64,000 nucleotides of DNA, from positions 32,001 to 96,000 of the forward strand of contig JBFWJC010000003.1 in assembly GCA_050253415.1 (NCBI GenBank). Reading direction: 5' to 3'. This document shows, in pieces, positions 10,622-21,176 of the stretch. The translations under genes and the position numbers were made by a program. Under the pieces are notes generated by a model that did no database searches, was not told where the DNA came from, and saw only the letters and a program-made list of their open reading frames with translations. The stretch is from Pedobacter sp. GTDB lineage: Bacteria; Desulfobacterota; Desulfuromonadia; Desulfuromonadales; Syntrophotaleaceae. Each line of letters opens with the position of its first letter. Positions within the stretch are counted from its first letter, which is position 1.

Positions 10622-10865
10622 ATGGTTATGGGCAGGGGATACTTTGCCGAAATCCAATATGCCGATCAAAAAGCTCGCAAGTTCCCTAAAGTATCTGATA
10701 CAAGAAGGAAAGGTAAAGCACTTTGGATTTTTCGAAACCGGAGCAGCAACTATTCCTACAGCACCTGTCGTCCTTTCCGCTACCCCCCTTATAAAAAACC
10801 ATTTGCTCACTATTGACAAGGAGACCTGATAAAGAAATGCTCTCCATCTGTGAAGAAACAGGCAA
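10622..10865 (+). pseudogene. Aldo/keto reductase remnant
   Basis: Fragments LKYLIQEGKVKHFGFFETGAATI and PDKEMLSICEETG match AKR motifs but lie in different frames, and most of the gene is missing. Confidence 0.7.
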
Positions 10866-11090
10866 ACTATGAAATGGAGGTAACTCTTTCCTGTATAGAG
10901 GATTTAATGGATATTGACAATATGTAGAGAATTTATGGCCGAGTAACAAAACTTTTTGATGCCTCTCTAGGTAAAGTTGGTAAAAGAATTACCTGCTAAA
11001 ATTTGCTTGGCAATTTGATATCAGGCTTTATTCCCCCCCCAATACACCCTTAGTTGGTGTGATATAGTAGTGTGCATTAACCCCAGATAT

Positions 11091-11156
11091 GACGCAAGGG
11101 ACTTAAAATCCCTCGGCCTTATGGCTGTACGAGTTCGATTCTCGTCCCGGGTACCA
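11091..11156 (+). pseudogene. 5'-truncated tRNA-Leu(TAA) fragment, probable att site at the island boundary
   Basis: GACGCAAGGGA-CTTAAAA-TCCCT, long variable arm, ACGAG-TTCGATT-CTCGT, CCCGGGTACCA; the upstream bases cannot form the acceptor or D stems. Confidence 0.85.
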
Positions 11157-11158
11157 TA

Positions 11159-11202
11159 TAAAATAAGGGCTTAGCCGAAACCGGCTAAGCCCTTATTTTT
11201 TT
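11159..11202. terminator. Bidirectional intrinsic terminator
   Basis: AAAATAAGGGCTTAGCC-GAAACC-GGCTAAGCCCTTATTTT with A and T tails. Confidence 0.85.
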
Positions 11203-11217
11203 CAGAGTGTACCTTCA

Positions 11218-12579
11218 CTAGTTGGTCAACGCCTGAATGGGCGCGGGAATCTTGCCGCCGCGGCCGATGAAAACTTCAGAGCTGAAATTGTGTACCGGCA
11301 TGACCGGTGCGGTACCGAGTAATCCACCGAACTCGACCATGTCTCCCACCTTGGTTCCCGGTGCGGGGATGATGCGCACGGCGGTGGTTTTCTTGTTAAT
11401 CATGCCGATAGCCATTTCATCGGCGATGATGGCTGAAATGGTGGCCGGTGAGGTGTCACCCGGGACGGCGATCATGTCCAGGCCGACGGAGCAGACACAG
11501 GTCATGGCTTCCAGTTTGTCCAGCGAGAGGGAACCACGCTGCACTGCGCGAATCATACCTTGGTCCTCGCTTACCGGAATGAACGCACCACTGAGCCCGC
11601 CCACGGATGATGACGCCATGGCGCCGCCTTTTTTGACGGCGTCGTTAAGAAGGGCCAGTGCTGCAGTAGTACCGTGGGTGCCGCAGCTTTCAAGTCCCAT
11701 GGCCTCCAGAATGGCAGCAACGCTGTCGCCAACCGCCGGAGTCGGCGCCAGTGATAGATCGAGCACGCCAAACTGCGCATTGAGCCTGCGAGCCACTTCC
11801 TTGCCAACCATTTCGCCCATGCGGGTTATTTTGAAAGCAGTCTTTTTAATGCATTCAGAGATATCGCCCAAGTCGGGATTCTGCAGTGCACGCACTGCGG
11901 AATTAACCACCCCGGGGCCGCTGACGCCGACGTTGATCACGCAGTCCGGTTCGCCGATACCATGGAAAGCCCCCGCCATGAAGGGATTGTCATCAGGCGC
12001 GTTGGCAAACACCACCAGCTTCGCACAGCCGATGCCTGCACGATCGCCGGTCAACTCAGCCGTCCGTTTGATAATATGCCCCATCATGGCCACGGCATCC
12101 ATGTTGATGCCCGCCTTGGTGGTTGCAACATTGATCGAAGAACAGACCTTCTTGGTCGTTGCCAGGGCCTGTGGAATGGAGTTGATGAGCTTGAGGTCAC
12201 CAGGGGTCATGCCCTTTTGTACCAGGGCGCTGAAACCGCCGATAAAGTCGATACCCGCTTCCTGCGCTGCGCGATCGAGGGTTTCCGCCACCGAACAATA
12301 ATCGTCGACATGGCAGCTCTCAGCCACGATGGCAATGGGGGTGACGGAGATTCGCTTATTGATGATGGGGATACCATACAGGTTCTGGATGTCTTCGGTG
12401 GTGGCAACCAGTTTCTCGGCGCAGCGCATGATGCGGGTATAGACCTGCTCATTGAATATCTTGATATCGGGATGGCTGCAACCGCGCAGGTTGATACCCA
12501 TGGTGACCGTCCTGATATCCAGGTGTTCATTGGTTACCATGTTAATGGTTTCGAGGATTTCCTCCGGATGGATAAGCAT
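11218..12579 (-). CDS. PFL-like UPF0210/DUF711 family protein
   Basis: [37 protein letters not shown]. Confidence 0.93.
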   Translation of the reverse strand: MLIHPEEILETINMVTNEHLDIRTVTMGINLRGCSHPDIKIFNEQVYTRIMRCAEKLVATTEDIQNLYGIPIINKRISVTPIAIVAESCHVDDYCSVAETLDRAAQEAGIDFIGGFSALVQKGMTPGDLKLINSIPQALATTKKVCSSINVATTKAGINMDAVAMMGHIIKRTAELTGDRAGIGCAKLVVFANAPDDNPFMAGAFHGIGEPDCVINVGVSGPGVVNSAVRALQNPDLGDISECIKKTAFKITRMGEMVGKEVARRLNAQFGVLDLSLAPTPAVGDSVAAILEAMGLESCGTHGTTAALALLNDAVKKGGAMASSSVGGLSGAFIPVSEDQGMIRAVQRGSLSLDKLEAMTCVCSVGLDMIAVPGDTSPATISAIIADEMAIGMINKKTTAVRIIPAPGTKVGDMVEFGGLLGTAPVMPVHNFSSEVFIGRGGKIPAPIQALTN

Positions 12580-12591
12580 GGTTGGGCCTCC

Positions 12592-12870
12592 TCAGATCCT
12601 GTGCATGAAACGAAAGGCGTCTTCATGCTGTACGATGACCTGTACACCCAACTCCTTACCGATATTCGACATGGCTTCCTGGAAGGCTGCCAGATCAAAA
12701 TTCTCGGATGTAACTTCCGCCAGCATGATCATGGTGAACAGATCGTTCATGATGGTCTGCCGGATGTCGGCGATATTCACGCTATGCTCAGCCATGACCC
12801 GGGTGATGCCCGCCACGATACCTACTCTGTCCAGACCGATGACTGTGATAACAAAACGACTCGATGACAT
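12592..12870 (-). CDS. ACT-domain protein (UPF0237)
   Basis: VITVIGLDRVGIVAG...NIADIRQT...FRFMHRI; usual partner of DUF711. Confidence 0.92.
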   Translation of the reverse strand: MSSSRFVITVIGLDRVGIVAGITRVMAEHSVNIADIRQTIMNDLFTMIMLAEVTSENFDLAAFQEAMSNIGKELGVQVIVQHEDAFRFMHRI

Positions 12871-13220
12871 GCATTTTCCTTTTTGTAATATTTTAGAAAT
12901 TATGAGCAATGTGCGTGACGACTATTTTAAATCATAGCGACTTCTTCAACTGCCGGAGAATAGCAGATCTGTTGGATTTTGTACAAGCCGTCACACCTCA
13001 GAATTTTACAGGCCGTATTTTGACACAAACGGTACGGAAGGCACAAGTTTTCAGGCCGTATTTTGCTTATTCAAATAACGATATTTTCGCCATTTGAGAT
13101 AGATGTTACCGGATAGGGGGTGAAAAAAATTTCTTCACCAGACCGCTTTACTCCCGGGCTAATTAAATCACAATAGAGAGAGTAATTTATTTACGTTTAT
13201 AGAGTGATAGCTGCTATCAG

Positions 13221-14108
13221 ATGTCTCTGATGAAGGAATGCGCTATGCCTGCCCCCGACTCTTTCCCCTATCGTCTGCTTGCACTTTGCCTGGTTGGCTT
13301 TTGGATGGTCATGCCTGGCGGATGTGCGCCTTTTGGGAAAAATCCGGATTTAAACCTGCCGCCCTATGATCTGCATGTCCGATTGCCGCAACAAAAGATC
13401 GCTGTTTTGGCCTACTCCGAAAATCAAACCGATCTATTGGAATTGCCGGCTGAAAGTCGTCCTGCCGGAGCTATTCATGGGGCTGGTGAAGGCTTTGTGA
13501 CCGTGCTCTCCGGCTTTGGCGGAGGCTCCTGCAGCGGTGCCGGTTGCGGTGTTGTCGCCTTGGGTATTTTAGCCGTGGCAGTGGTGGGCGGTTTGGTGGG
13601 AGCGGTTGCCGGTGCAGTAGGGACCCCAGCCAAGGGTCAGGTTCGTAACATGGAAACAATGCTTGGCGCAGCCCTGGTCGAAGCGGCTCATGGAGAGCTT
13701 GCTCAAAAATTACGGACTGAAGCTCTCATTTATAATCATGAGAACCTTCATGTTGTTACCTCCGTCTACCCTGGACGGGAAATCGAAGCGAACTACCCCG
13801 CTATCAGGCAACTTGGCTATGACAGCGTCCTCGAGTTGATGGTGAACAGGATCGAATTCGTCGGTGGTAAAGGTAAAGACCCTGAGTTGACCCTTCACCT
13901 GGAAGTAAAAGCCCGTCTTGTCGAATTGAACAGTCCTGCAAAGCCTTATCAACGGATGTTTCGTTATGTCAGTCGTCCTGCCCGGTTTTCCTGGTGGGTA
14001 ACACCGGATCAAACCAAAACTCGGAGAGTCTTCGATAACGGCTTGGCTTTGCTGGCCAGACAGATATTCCAAGGGGTATTTATCCGTTATGAACCTCAGG
14101 GAAAATAA
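13221..14108 (+). CDS. Hypothetical lipoprotein with Gly-rich hydrophobic segment
   Basis: Hydrophobic leader ending PGGC; internal GGLVGAVAGAVG glycine-zipper-like stretch; start uncertain. Confidence 0.6.
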   Translation: MSLMKECAMPAPDSFPYRLLALCLVGFWMVMPGGCAPFGKNPDLNLPPYDLHVRLPQQKIAVLAYSENQTDLLELPAESRPAGAIHGAGEGFVTVLSGFGGGSCSGAGCGVVALGILAVAVVGGLVGAVAGAVGTPAKGQVRNMETMLGAALVEAAHGELAQKLRTEALIYNHENLHVVTSVYPGREIEANYPAIRQLGYDSVLELMVNRIEFVGGKGKDPELTLHLEVKARLVELNSPAKPYQRMFRYVSRPARFSWWVTPDQTKTRRVFDNGLALLARQIFQGVFIRYEPQGK

Positions 14109-14141
14109 GATTTCTCTATCTATGGAAATGGTGCCACGCGT

Positions 14142-15431
14142 ATGACTTTTAAAGAAGCTTGTACCCGCGCACGAGAAGTCCTGCCAGGCAATGTGCTGGC
14201 TTTGGGGATGGTCAGTCTGTTTACGGATTTTTCCAGTGAGATGATCTATCCGTTGTTGCCGACATTTTTTACCGGACTGGTGTCTCCCGCTGTGGCGGCG
14301 GTATATATCGGGGTCATGGACGGGGTTGCCGATAGTGCCGCGAGCCTCCTGAAAGTCGCAAGTGGTCATCTGAGTGACCGCTCGGGTCGTCGCAAGTTAT
14401 TGGCTTTGGGCGGCTATGGACTGTCAACGGTGGCGCGACCGCTAATGGCAATTGCGGTTACGGGCTGGCAGGTGGTGGGGATGCGGTTTCTAGACCGCAT
14501 CGGCAAAGGCGTACGTACTGCACCCCGTGATGCCCTTATCGTTCGATCCGTAGGCGGAGGGCGGCGAAGCCTGGCCTTCAGCTTCCACCGCATGATGGAC
14601 CATGCCGGCGCGGTGGCAGGTCCATTGGTTGCCATCGTGTTTTTATCCACTTTTTTAGGGCATACTCTGCTGTGGCAGCAAGGTGATGGCGTCGCGACCG
14701 CCGAGCAGATGCATGTCTTACGTTGGTTGTTTGCCCTGGCTCTGCTGCCCGGGATCGCGTCTATGCTGATTCTGCAATTCGGAGTGCGCGAGGTGGCAAC
14801 CCTGCCACCACCACGGCAGCCTGTCAAGGCGGCGCTGAAAACGATCGCAATTGATCCGTATTGGCGCTCCCGGCTCAAACATTACCTGGCGGCTTTCACC
14901 CTGTTTGCACTGGGCAACAGTTCCGATCTGTTTCTGATTTTCTTTGCCCAGACCCGCTTTGGTTTGGGAATGGGCTATCTCATCGTGCTTTGGGTATATC
15001 TTCACTTATCCAAGGTAATTTTGAGTCTGCCCGGTGGCTGGTTGGCTGATCGTTGGGGAAAGCGGCCGGCGATTATATGCGGCTGGTTGATCTATGTGAC
15101 GGTTTATCTGCTGTTGCCCGAAATTGAGACCTTCGGTTGGATATGGGGTGCATTCTTCGCCTATGGTGCTTATTACGGTTTAACCGAAGGGGCGGAACGT
15201 GCCCTGATGGCTGATGTCGCACCCGTGGAGTTCTGGGGCAGGGCGTATGGATGGTATCACGGATTGGTGGGGCTGGCGGCTTTGCCGGCAAGTCTTCTGT
15301 TTGGGGTGTTCTGGGCGACCCTCGGGCCGCGTAACGCGTTTCGCATCAGTGCCGGCCTGGCCCTGGTTGCCTTGGTTCTGTTGGTCGGGATAAAGCGGAA
15401 AATCAAGCAACCAGAGTCGACCGATAACTGA
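14142..15431 (+). CDS. MFS transporter
   Basis: About 12 hydrophobic segments; GHLSDRSGRRK, DRIGKGVRTAPRDAL, GWLADRWGKR. Confidence 0.93.
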   Translation: MTFKEACTRAREVLPGNVLALGMVSLFTDFSSEMIYPLLPTFFTGLVSPAVAAVYIGVMDGVADSAASLLKVASGHLSDRSGRRKLLALGGYGLSTVARPLMAIAVTGWQVVGMRFLDRIGKGVRTAPRDALIVRSVGGGRRSLAFSFHRMMDHAGAVAGPLVAIVFLSTFLGHTLLWQQGDGVATAEQMHVLRWLFALALLPGIASMLILQFGVREVATLPPPRQPVKAALKTIAIDPYWRSRLKHYLAAFTLFALGNSSDLFLIFFAQTRFGLGMGYLIVLWVYLHLSKVILSLPGGWLADRWGKRPAIICGWLIYVTVYLLLPEIETFGWIWGAFFAYGAYYGLTEGAERALMADVAPVEFWGRAYGWYHGLVGLAALPASLLFGVFWATLGPRNAFRISAGLALVALVLLVGIKRKIKQPESTDN

Positions 15432-15754
15432 ACCTCTATTGGCACGGGATAGCTGTCCACAAGTGGCCACATGCGTTGTCACGCAATCCGGGGCACTCTT
15501 TTCATGTACTTGATTTTTTGGTTTAAATTGCTAATAAAAAAATTCACATCGACCTATACCTCTCATGATGATTGAAGTTTATTACAGTATTCTTCTGCTA
15601 TGGTGTTGTGTGTATATAATATTTATTCGCTAATGAGATGGTTTTATGTTACCCTGCAGTAGTATTTTGTTGACATAGTGGGTCACTAGCTCCGATGTAA
15701 CTGAGTTTGATCAGATTTTATTAAGCAAAACTATAAATGTAGATGGAGGAAAAA

Positions 15755-16750
15755 ATGAAAAAAGTATTAATTTTGACTGTTTTTTTATTGTTTGTGAATG
15801 GGGTTGTGTGGGCCGAATCGGTGAACGTTTACAATGCTGTTGAGGGAGTGTATCTCGGCCTATCCGCTCAATATCTCCGTCTGGATCTCCCGGATTACTC
15901 TCCTATTGCCCTGGAAGACTCTTCCTTTAATTTTATTACGTATCTGGATGGTAGTGATGGTCGGGAAGAAGCTGTGATGCCGGGTGTGATTATTGGATTT
16001 CCTATCCCCGCCCTTAATATCGTTGTAGAATTTGGGGCCGAGGTTGCCGATTGGAACAGCGAGACTAATAAAATTTACGACTATAGTTCATCTTACAGGG
16101 TGGGCTATTTGTCTCTCGATGGCAATCATGGAACCGTTGGTGTTTCATCTGGGGGGGATGTTGCCGCCAGAATCAATCGTTCAGGTGATTACTCTCGCTT
16201 TGAATTAATTGGCAAATATCCCATGCATTTAAAAGGTCTTGAGGTTATACCTTTTGTTGGGCCTAGCTTCATGTCACTTGAGGAAGATTTCGCTCTGAGA
16301 GCAAACAGCGTTCAGGTTCCCTCATACCAGCTTTTACAGGACGAACAGCTTGATTCCGATTATATCGGTGCGCGACTGGGGATAAAGCTGGCTGGGCGCT
16401 TTTGCGATTTTGCCGGTTGGGAGTTGACACCCGCTATCGGGGTTTACCATCTCGATGCGGATTATAAAGGCTCTCAGCAGGAATCTGTCATTGGGTATAC
16501 TGCAACGATAAAAGATGGTAAATCTCGGACTACTACCGCAGCAAGCGTCCTTGGCAAGATAGTTTTAGAATACCAACAGTTGACCTTGAGCTTCGTTGCA
16601 GGCCTTGACTATCTTGAAGATGTTGCCAAAATTCGTCATAGCACTCTCGGTAATGGATCTGCCAACAATTACGGCGACCCAGCCCATATCGAATTTGACT
16701 CTTCTCTTAACAGTCGTTTTGGTGTCGAATTGGGAGTTAAGTTCTGGTAA
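15755..16750 (+). CDS. Putative outer-membrane beta-barrel protein
   Basis: Sec signal MKKVLILTVFLLFVNGVVWA; alternating beta pattern; C-terminal ELGVKFW. Confidence 0.65.
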   Translation: MKKVLILTVFLLFVNGVVWAESVNVYNAVEGVYLGLSAQYLRLDLPDYSPIALEDSSFNFITYLDGSDGREEAVMPGVIIGFPIPALNIVVEFGAEVADWNSETNKIYDYSSSYRVGYLSLDGNHGTVGVSSGGDVAARINRSGDYSRFELIGKYPMHLKGLEVIPFVGPSFMSLEEDFALRANSVQVPSYQLLQDEQLDSDYIGARLGIKLAGRFCDFAGWELTPAIGVYHLDADYKGSQQESVIGYTATIKDGKSRTTTAASVLGKIVLEYQQLTLSFVAGLDYLEDVAKIRHSTLGNGSANNYGDPAHIEFDSSLNSRFGVELGVKFW

Positions 16751-16801
16751 GAGAATCACGATACAAACAGCTATTTATCATTTGAAAAAATGTACATTTC
16801 A

Positions 16802-16834
16802 AAGGGAGCCGGCCTTAGAGCCGGCTCTTTTTTT
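16802..16834 (+). terminator. Intrinsic terminator
   Basis: GAGCCGGC-CTTAGA-GCCGGCTC followed by a T run. Confidence 0.75.
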
Positions 16835-16875
16835 CTCCCCCGGATTCACCTTACTGGTGCAACAGGTATCTTTAG

Positions 16876-18438
16876 CTACAACAGATCCTCTGGAGCAAAT
16901 ACAGACAGCAGGCTGTTTTTAAGATGTTGCCACCTGTTGATCATCGGCTCTTTTTTTAAGATTGTCGACTCGCCGTTTTCTACTGTATGCCACACTAGCC
17001 TGGCCCGCCGGTTCGTCCTCGACTCCAATTGCAGGCGGTAGCTGTTGCGCGGTTGGGTGTAGCGCTCGAATAATGCGGCCATTTGGTGGGCAAGCTCCGG
17101 GCTCTCCACCAGGATGCCGACCTCTGTGTTCAAGGTCGCGGAGCGCGGATCGTGATTGAATGAGCCGATGAAAACCCGCTGGCGATCAATTACATAGGCT
17201 TTGGCGTGCATGCAGGCCTGGGAAGATCCGGCAAAACCTTCACTTTTATTGCGCTGTGGTAGCGGCGAAACAAAAGTTGGCTTGAATTCGAACAGTTCGA
17301 TATCTTCAGCCAACAGGGGCAAGCGATAACGGCTATAGCCCGCTTGCACGACTTTCAGGTCGGTGGCTGCGTACGAATTGGTCAGAATCTTTACACTGAT
17401 CCCTTTTTGTCTTAACTGGTGGAACAGCGCGATGCCTTCCTTGCCTGGAATAAAATAGGGGGAAATAATCAGTAATTCTGAGGTGGCCAGACTGAACAGG
17501 TTATAAAAACGGTCAAAATGCAGGCTGGCGCAATCCGGTTGATCTGGGGCGAGCTTGCAGGGAAAGTCAGCCAGGACCTGTCCCCTGGCCCATACCTGGG
17601 GCATCGGGTTGACGAGGTTGTCGGCAAGATATTGCAGGTAGATGGCTACATCAGGATGCTGTTTATGATTTTTCAGAAGGATGCGTAGATCTTGCAGATA
17701 TGTATCGGATCGATGCGTTGCTAAAGTGGATACCGGTAAGGTTTGCTTGTAGTTCCAGTAAGAATCAAAACTGGTGGACAGTTGCGGGACGACCGGACCG
17801 ATAGCGAGGAGATCGATATCGCGCAGATCAAGACGCGGATGTGCTTCGAAATATTCATCGCCGAGATTGCGGCCTCCGATCAGGGCTACGGTATTGTCGG
17901 CGATATAAACCTTGTTGTGCATGCGGCGCTGGATGCGGTTGAAGTCGGAAAGAACTTCAAAAAGGCGGCCGAGGCCGGGTGCGTATCGGTGCAAAAACGG
18001 GTTTATGATGCGCACTTCGACATTGGGGTGGGTGTCCAGTGCTAACAGAGGCTGGCCACTCTGGTCAAAATGCAGGTCGTCAATGAGGATGCGAACCCTG
18101 ACACCCCGATCGGCGGCGGCCAGAAGGTGCTCAACCAGAAGCAGCCCACTGATATCGCTACGCAGGATGTAGTATTGCAGATCGAGAGTTTTTTCCGCCT
18201 GATCAGCCAGTTCAAGACGCTGCGAAAGCGCTTCCCGTCCACTATCGATGAGGCGGAATCCGGAGAGGCCGGGATGATCCGTTACGAGCGCGCGGCTTCG
18301 CATCGCCAGACCTGTGTCGGCCGGATCGTACAGCGCGTGGCTAAAGGGGCGGTCGATGCGAGCCAGATCGATGGCTATGCAACCGCCCAGAAGCAGAAGG
18401 CAAAGGCCGTGCAGGCAGAATAAGAGTTTCATTGCCAT
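16876..18438 (-). CDS. Phospholipase D family protein (ClsC/YmdC-like), lipoprotein signal
   Basis: Two HKD motifs, MHNKVYIAD and MHAKAYVID; LLGGC leader. Confidence 0.92.
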   Translation of the reverse strand: MAMKLLFCLHGLCLLLLGGCIAIDLARIDRPFSHALYDPADTGLAMRSRALVTDHPGLSGFRLIDSGREALSQRLELADQAEKTLDLQYYILRSDISGLLLVEHLLAAADRGVRVRILIDDLHFDQSGQPLLALDTHPNVEVRIINPFLHRYAPGLGRLFEVLSDFNRIQRRMHNKVYIADNTVALIGGRNLGDEYFEAHPRLDLRDIDLLAIGPVVPQLSTSFDSYWNYKQTLPVSTLATHRSDTYLQDLRILLKNHKQHPDVAIYLQYLADNLVNPMPQVWARGQVLADFPCKLAPDQPDCASLHFDRFYNLFSLATSELLIISPYFIPGKEGIALFHQLRQKGISVKILTNSYAATDLKVVQAGYSRYRLPLLAEDIELFEFKPTFVSPLPQRNKSEGFAGSSQACMHAKAYVIDRQRVFIGSFNHDPRSATLNTEVGILVESPELAHQMAALFERYTQPRNSYRLQLESRTNRRARLVWHTVENGESTILKKEPMINRWQHLKNSLLSVFAPEDLL

Positions 18439-18489
18439 CAGTATAGCGCAGGCACTTCACTTTGCAGGTGCCGGGCGTTTACCGATGTG

Positions 18490-19332
18490 TTAGCCGAGGC
18501 TACCGAGACTGGCAAGGGCTACGGCTTTCTCGGGTGGTTGCCCCATGGTAGAACCGGAGACCATCAAAGCGCAGTCCCCGCAACGGGTGAATCCGCAATC
18601 TTCAAGCATCGCGCCCGCTCCGGAGGATGTGAGGATATCGGTGTAGAGGGTTCCCCCTCCGCCAGCGCGGGTCGCGGCCAGAATGATAGCGGCATGTTCT
18701 TTGGCTGTATCCTCCAACGCCAGCCATGGGCCAAGCACCTTGATCGGACCGTAATTTTGCACCAGGGCCATGCTTTTGCCCACCCGCAGTATTTCACCGC
18801 CGGTGGCAAGATATTGCAGCACCAGACGGCGATCAGTGCCCCAGGCCCGGCAATCGGCTTTGCACAGAATTTCCAGGTCGGCAGGGAGAGTCGGGCTGTA
18901 GTTATGGTGATGCGCCGGGATAAACATTTTCCAGCGCTCCACCCGGTCGCATTCCCGAAAACCGCGCGAGGCGTAAAGTGGTTTTCCCTGATCGGAGGCC
19001 GTCAACCATATAGTCTCTGTGCCGGTTTGACGGAGCTTGTGACAGACCTGGTCCAACAGCAGACTGCCGAGTCCCTGCCCACGCATTTCCGGGGCGATCA
19101 TTAAATTGCCGATCCAGCCGAAGTCCGGGTACGGAACCGCAGTAACAAATCCGCACGTTTGATCATCGTGGCGCAAAGCAAAGGCCCATTCTGCCAGAGG
19201 GCCTCTGAAAAGTGCGGCTTCCGGTGGCAGAACCTGCCAGCATTCATCCTGAGCCCAAAAGAAGAACGCACCCCAATCATGAATTTCGGGTTTTACGAGG
19301 GTCAGGTGCTCGTTCATAAGGGTGGTAGCCAC
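18490..19332 (-). CDS. GNAT acetyltransferase (YitH-like two-domain)
   Basis: RGQGLGSLL and GKPLYASRGF motifs. Confidence 0.85.
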   Translation of the reverse strand: MATTLMNEHLTLVKPEIHDWGAFFFWAQDECWQVLPPEAALFRGPLAEWAFALRHDDQTCGFVTAVPYPDFGWIGNLMIAPEMRGQGLGSLLLDQVCHKLRQTGTETIWLTASDQGKPLYASRGFRECDRVERWKMFIPAHHHNYSPTLPADLEILCKADCRAWGTDRRLVLQYLATGGEILRVGKSMALVQNYGPIKVLGPWLALEDTAKEHAAIILAATRAGGGGTLYTDILTSSGAGAMLEDCGFTRCGDCALMVSGSTMGQPPEKAVALASLGSLG

Positions 19333-19364
19333 GTGAATGTCCCTATTCTTTCAAGGGTGAAATT

Positions 19365-19880
19365 TTAGCCGATTTGCCGACCGAATTGATAAAACTCATC
19401 CAGATTACTGAATTCGGCATTTGCCAGGTATTCATTCGGAGCGTTAACAAATTCGTAAAATTCCTCGACCATGTTGTAGTCCTGTTGCTCCTGGTCGATC
19501 ATCTGCTGCAGAAGGCTACGCATGGGGCTGGAAGAAGCAAGCCGTTTCAGTTCGACATAAAAATCGGCTGTGGTTGATTCCAGCTCCATGATGGTGCGGA
19601 TAGACTGCTCCACATCCTGACGGTTCCGATCCGATCGTGCCGCGAGCAGGTGCTCAAGCAGCATCTTGGCAATGGAACTGAGACTTTTGGAGGCATCGGT
19701 GGGGCAGTTGCTGGTGCCGGTCAAAGCGTTCAGGGTGCGGTAACGCTCCTGATGGTCAGCGGCCAGGTCGTTGATGAGAGTTCTCAGGCTGCTGGCTGTG
19801 GTATGCCGGGCCAGTTTGTTGTAAAGTTCGGAAGCATCCTTTTCCAGTTTTTTGGCAACAGTAAAAGCGTTCATGTTCAC
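19365..19880 (-). CDS. Ferritin-like/rubrerythrin family protein
   Basis: AKKLE...LY and IMELE...FY repeats; the ExxH motifs are degenerate. Confidence 0.7.
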   Translation of the reverse strand: MNMNAFTVAKKLEKDASELYNKLARHTTASSLRTLINDLAADHQERYRTLNALTGTSNCPTDASKSLSSIAKMLLEHLLAARSDRNRQDVEQSIRTIMELESTTADFYVELKRLASSSPMRSLLQQMIDQEQQDYNMVEEFYEFVNAPNEYLANAEFSNLDEFYQFGRQIG

Positions 19881-19929
19881 TCCTTGCCGTTGGATGTTAA
19901 TGGATCATTTTTCTTTGTGTCGCTCCGGT

Positions 19930-21132
19930 TCAAGCTTGAGCGACTTTTTTCAAATCCGGGGTCGATTCAGTAAGCGGGCTATCATCGACCTGTGGGGAAG
20001 ACTGGGCCAGGGAACGGAACAGACCTTCGAGTTCGGAGTCTTCAATCGGGCGTTTCCGTCGCTGGGAAATAGCCCGGACGCGTCGTAAAAGCGTCGACAG
20101 GCAGATAGCTGACGAATCCAGGCCAAGACCTTGTATGCGGGCGGCGAGCCCGTGACGCCCGGTATGCTTGCCCAACACCAGCTGGCGGCTCGATCCGACC
20201 TCGCCCGGTTCAAATGGCTCGTAATTGCGTGGATCTTTCAAAACGCCATCGACATGGAGCCCTGATTCATGGGCGAATACACTCTCACCGACCACAGGCT
20301 TCCAGGCGGGGACCGGCCGTTTACTGGCCGCGCCGACATAACGCGAAATTTCCACAAAACGGCTGGTGTCGATGGGGCAATTCACGCCACAGGCATGCTT
20401 AAGCCCCATGACGACTTCTTCGAGAGCCGCGTTGCCGGCCCGCTCGCCGAGTCCGTTGACCGTAGTGTTGATAAAACGGGCTCCGGCGCGCACCCCGGCG
20501 ATCGCATTGGCCGTGGCCATGCCGAGATCATTATGGGTGTGAATCTCAAGGTCCATGTCGACGCGTTGGCTTAAATAACGGACTTTTTCAAAGGTGACAA
20601 AGGGATCGAGCAGGCCAAGGGTATCGCAGAAGCGGAAACGATCCGCTCCGAAGCTGCGGGCCAGTTCCATCAACTCAACCAAAAAATCAAGATCGGCCCG
20701 GCTGGCATCCTCCCCGCCTACGGAAACATACAGATCGTGTTGCTTGGCAAATCCCAGGGCCCGCTTGAGTTGTTCGCGCACCCATTCACGATCCTTGCGC
20801 AGTTTATGGCGGATATGGAGATCGGAAACGGACAGGGAAATATCCACGGCTGAAATGCCGCAATCCAATGAAGCTTGAATGTCGTCAACCAGCGCGCGAT
20901 TCCAGGTGATCAGACGGGCATTTAACCCCAGGTCGACGAGTGCTTTAACGCTACGCTGTTCTTCGCGTCCCATGGCAGGGATGCCGCATTCGAGTTCCTG
21001 CACGCCGATGTTGTCAAGCATGCGGGCGATGGTCTTTTTTTCTTCCAGGGAAAACACCACCCCGGCGGTCTGTTCGCCATCCCGCAAAGTGGTATCGTCA
21101 ATAATAATGTCGGGATGTGCGTCAGTATGCAT
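19930..21132 (-). CDS. nifV: Homocitrate synthase
   Basis: DTTLRDGEQ, EIHTHNDLGMATAN, GLGERAGNAALEE, FAHESGLHVDG; nif context. Confidence 0.95.
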   Translation of the reverse strand: MHTDAHPDIIIDDTTLRDGEQTAGVVFSLEEKKTIARMLDNIGVQELECGIPAMGREEQRSVKALVDLGLNARLITWNRALVDDIQASLDCGISAVDISLSVSDLHIRHKLRKDREWVREQLKRALGFAKQHDLYVSVGGEDASRADLDFLVELMELARSFGADRFRFCDTLGLLDPFVTFEKVRYLSQRVDMDLEIHTHNDLGMATANAIAGVRAGARFINTTVNGLGERAGNAALEEVVMGLKHACGVNCPIDTSRFVEISRYVGAASKRPVPAWKPVVGESVFAHESGLHVDGVLKDPRNYEPFEPGEVGSSRQLVLGKHTGRHGLAARIQGLGLDSSAICLSTLLRRVRAISQRRKRPIEDSELEGLFRSLAQSSPQVDDSPLTESTPDLKKVAQA

Positions 21133-21176
21133 GGTGCCTCATTTCTTTACATAGTAAACCTTAGGGGTGAAGCGGT

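Noticed and set aside
11091..11156. Functional tRNA-Leu
   Set aside because: The 5' acceptor strand and D stem are absent
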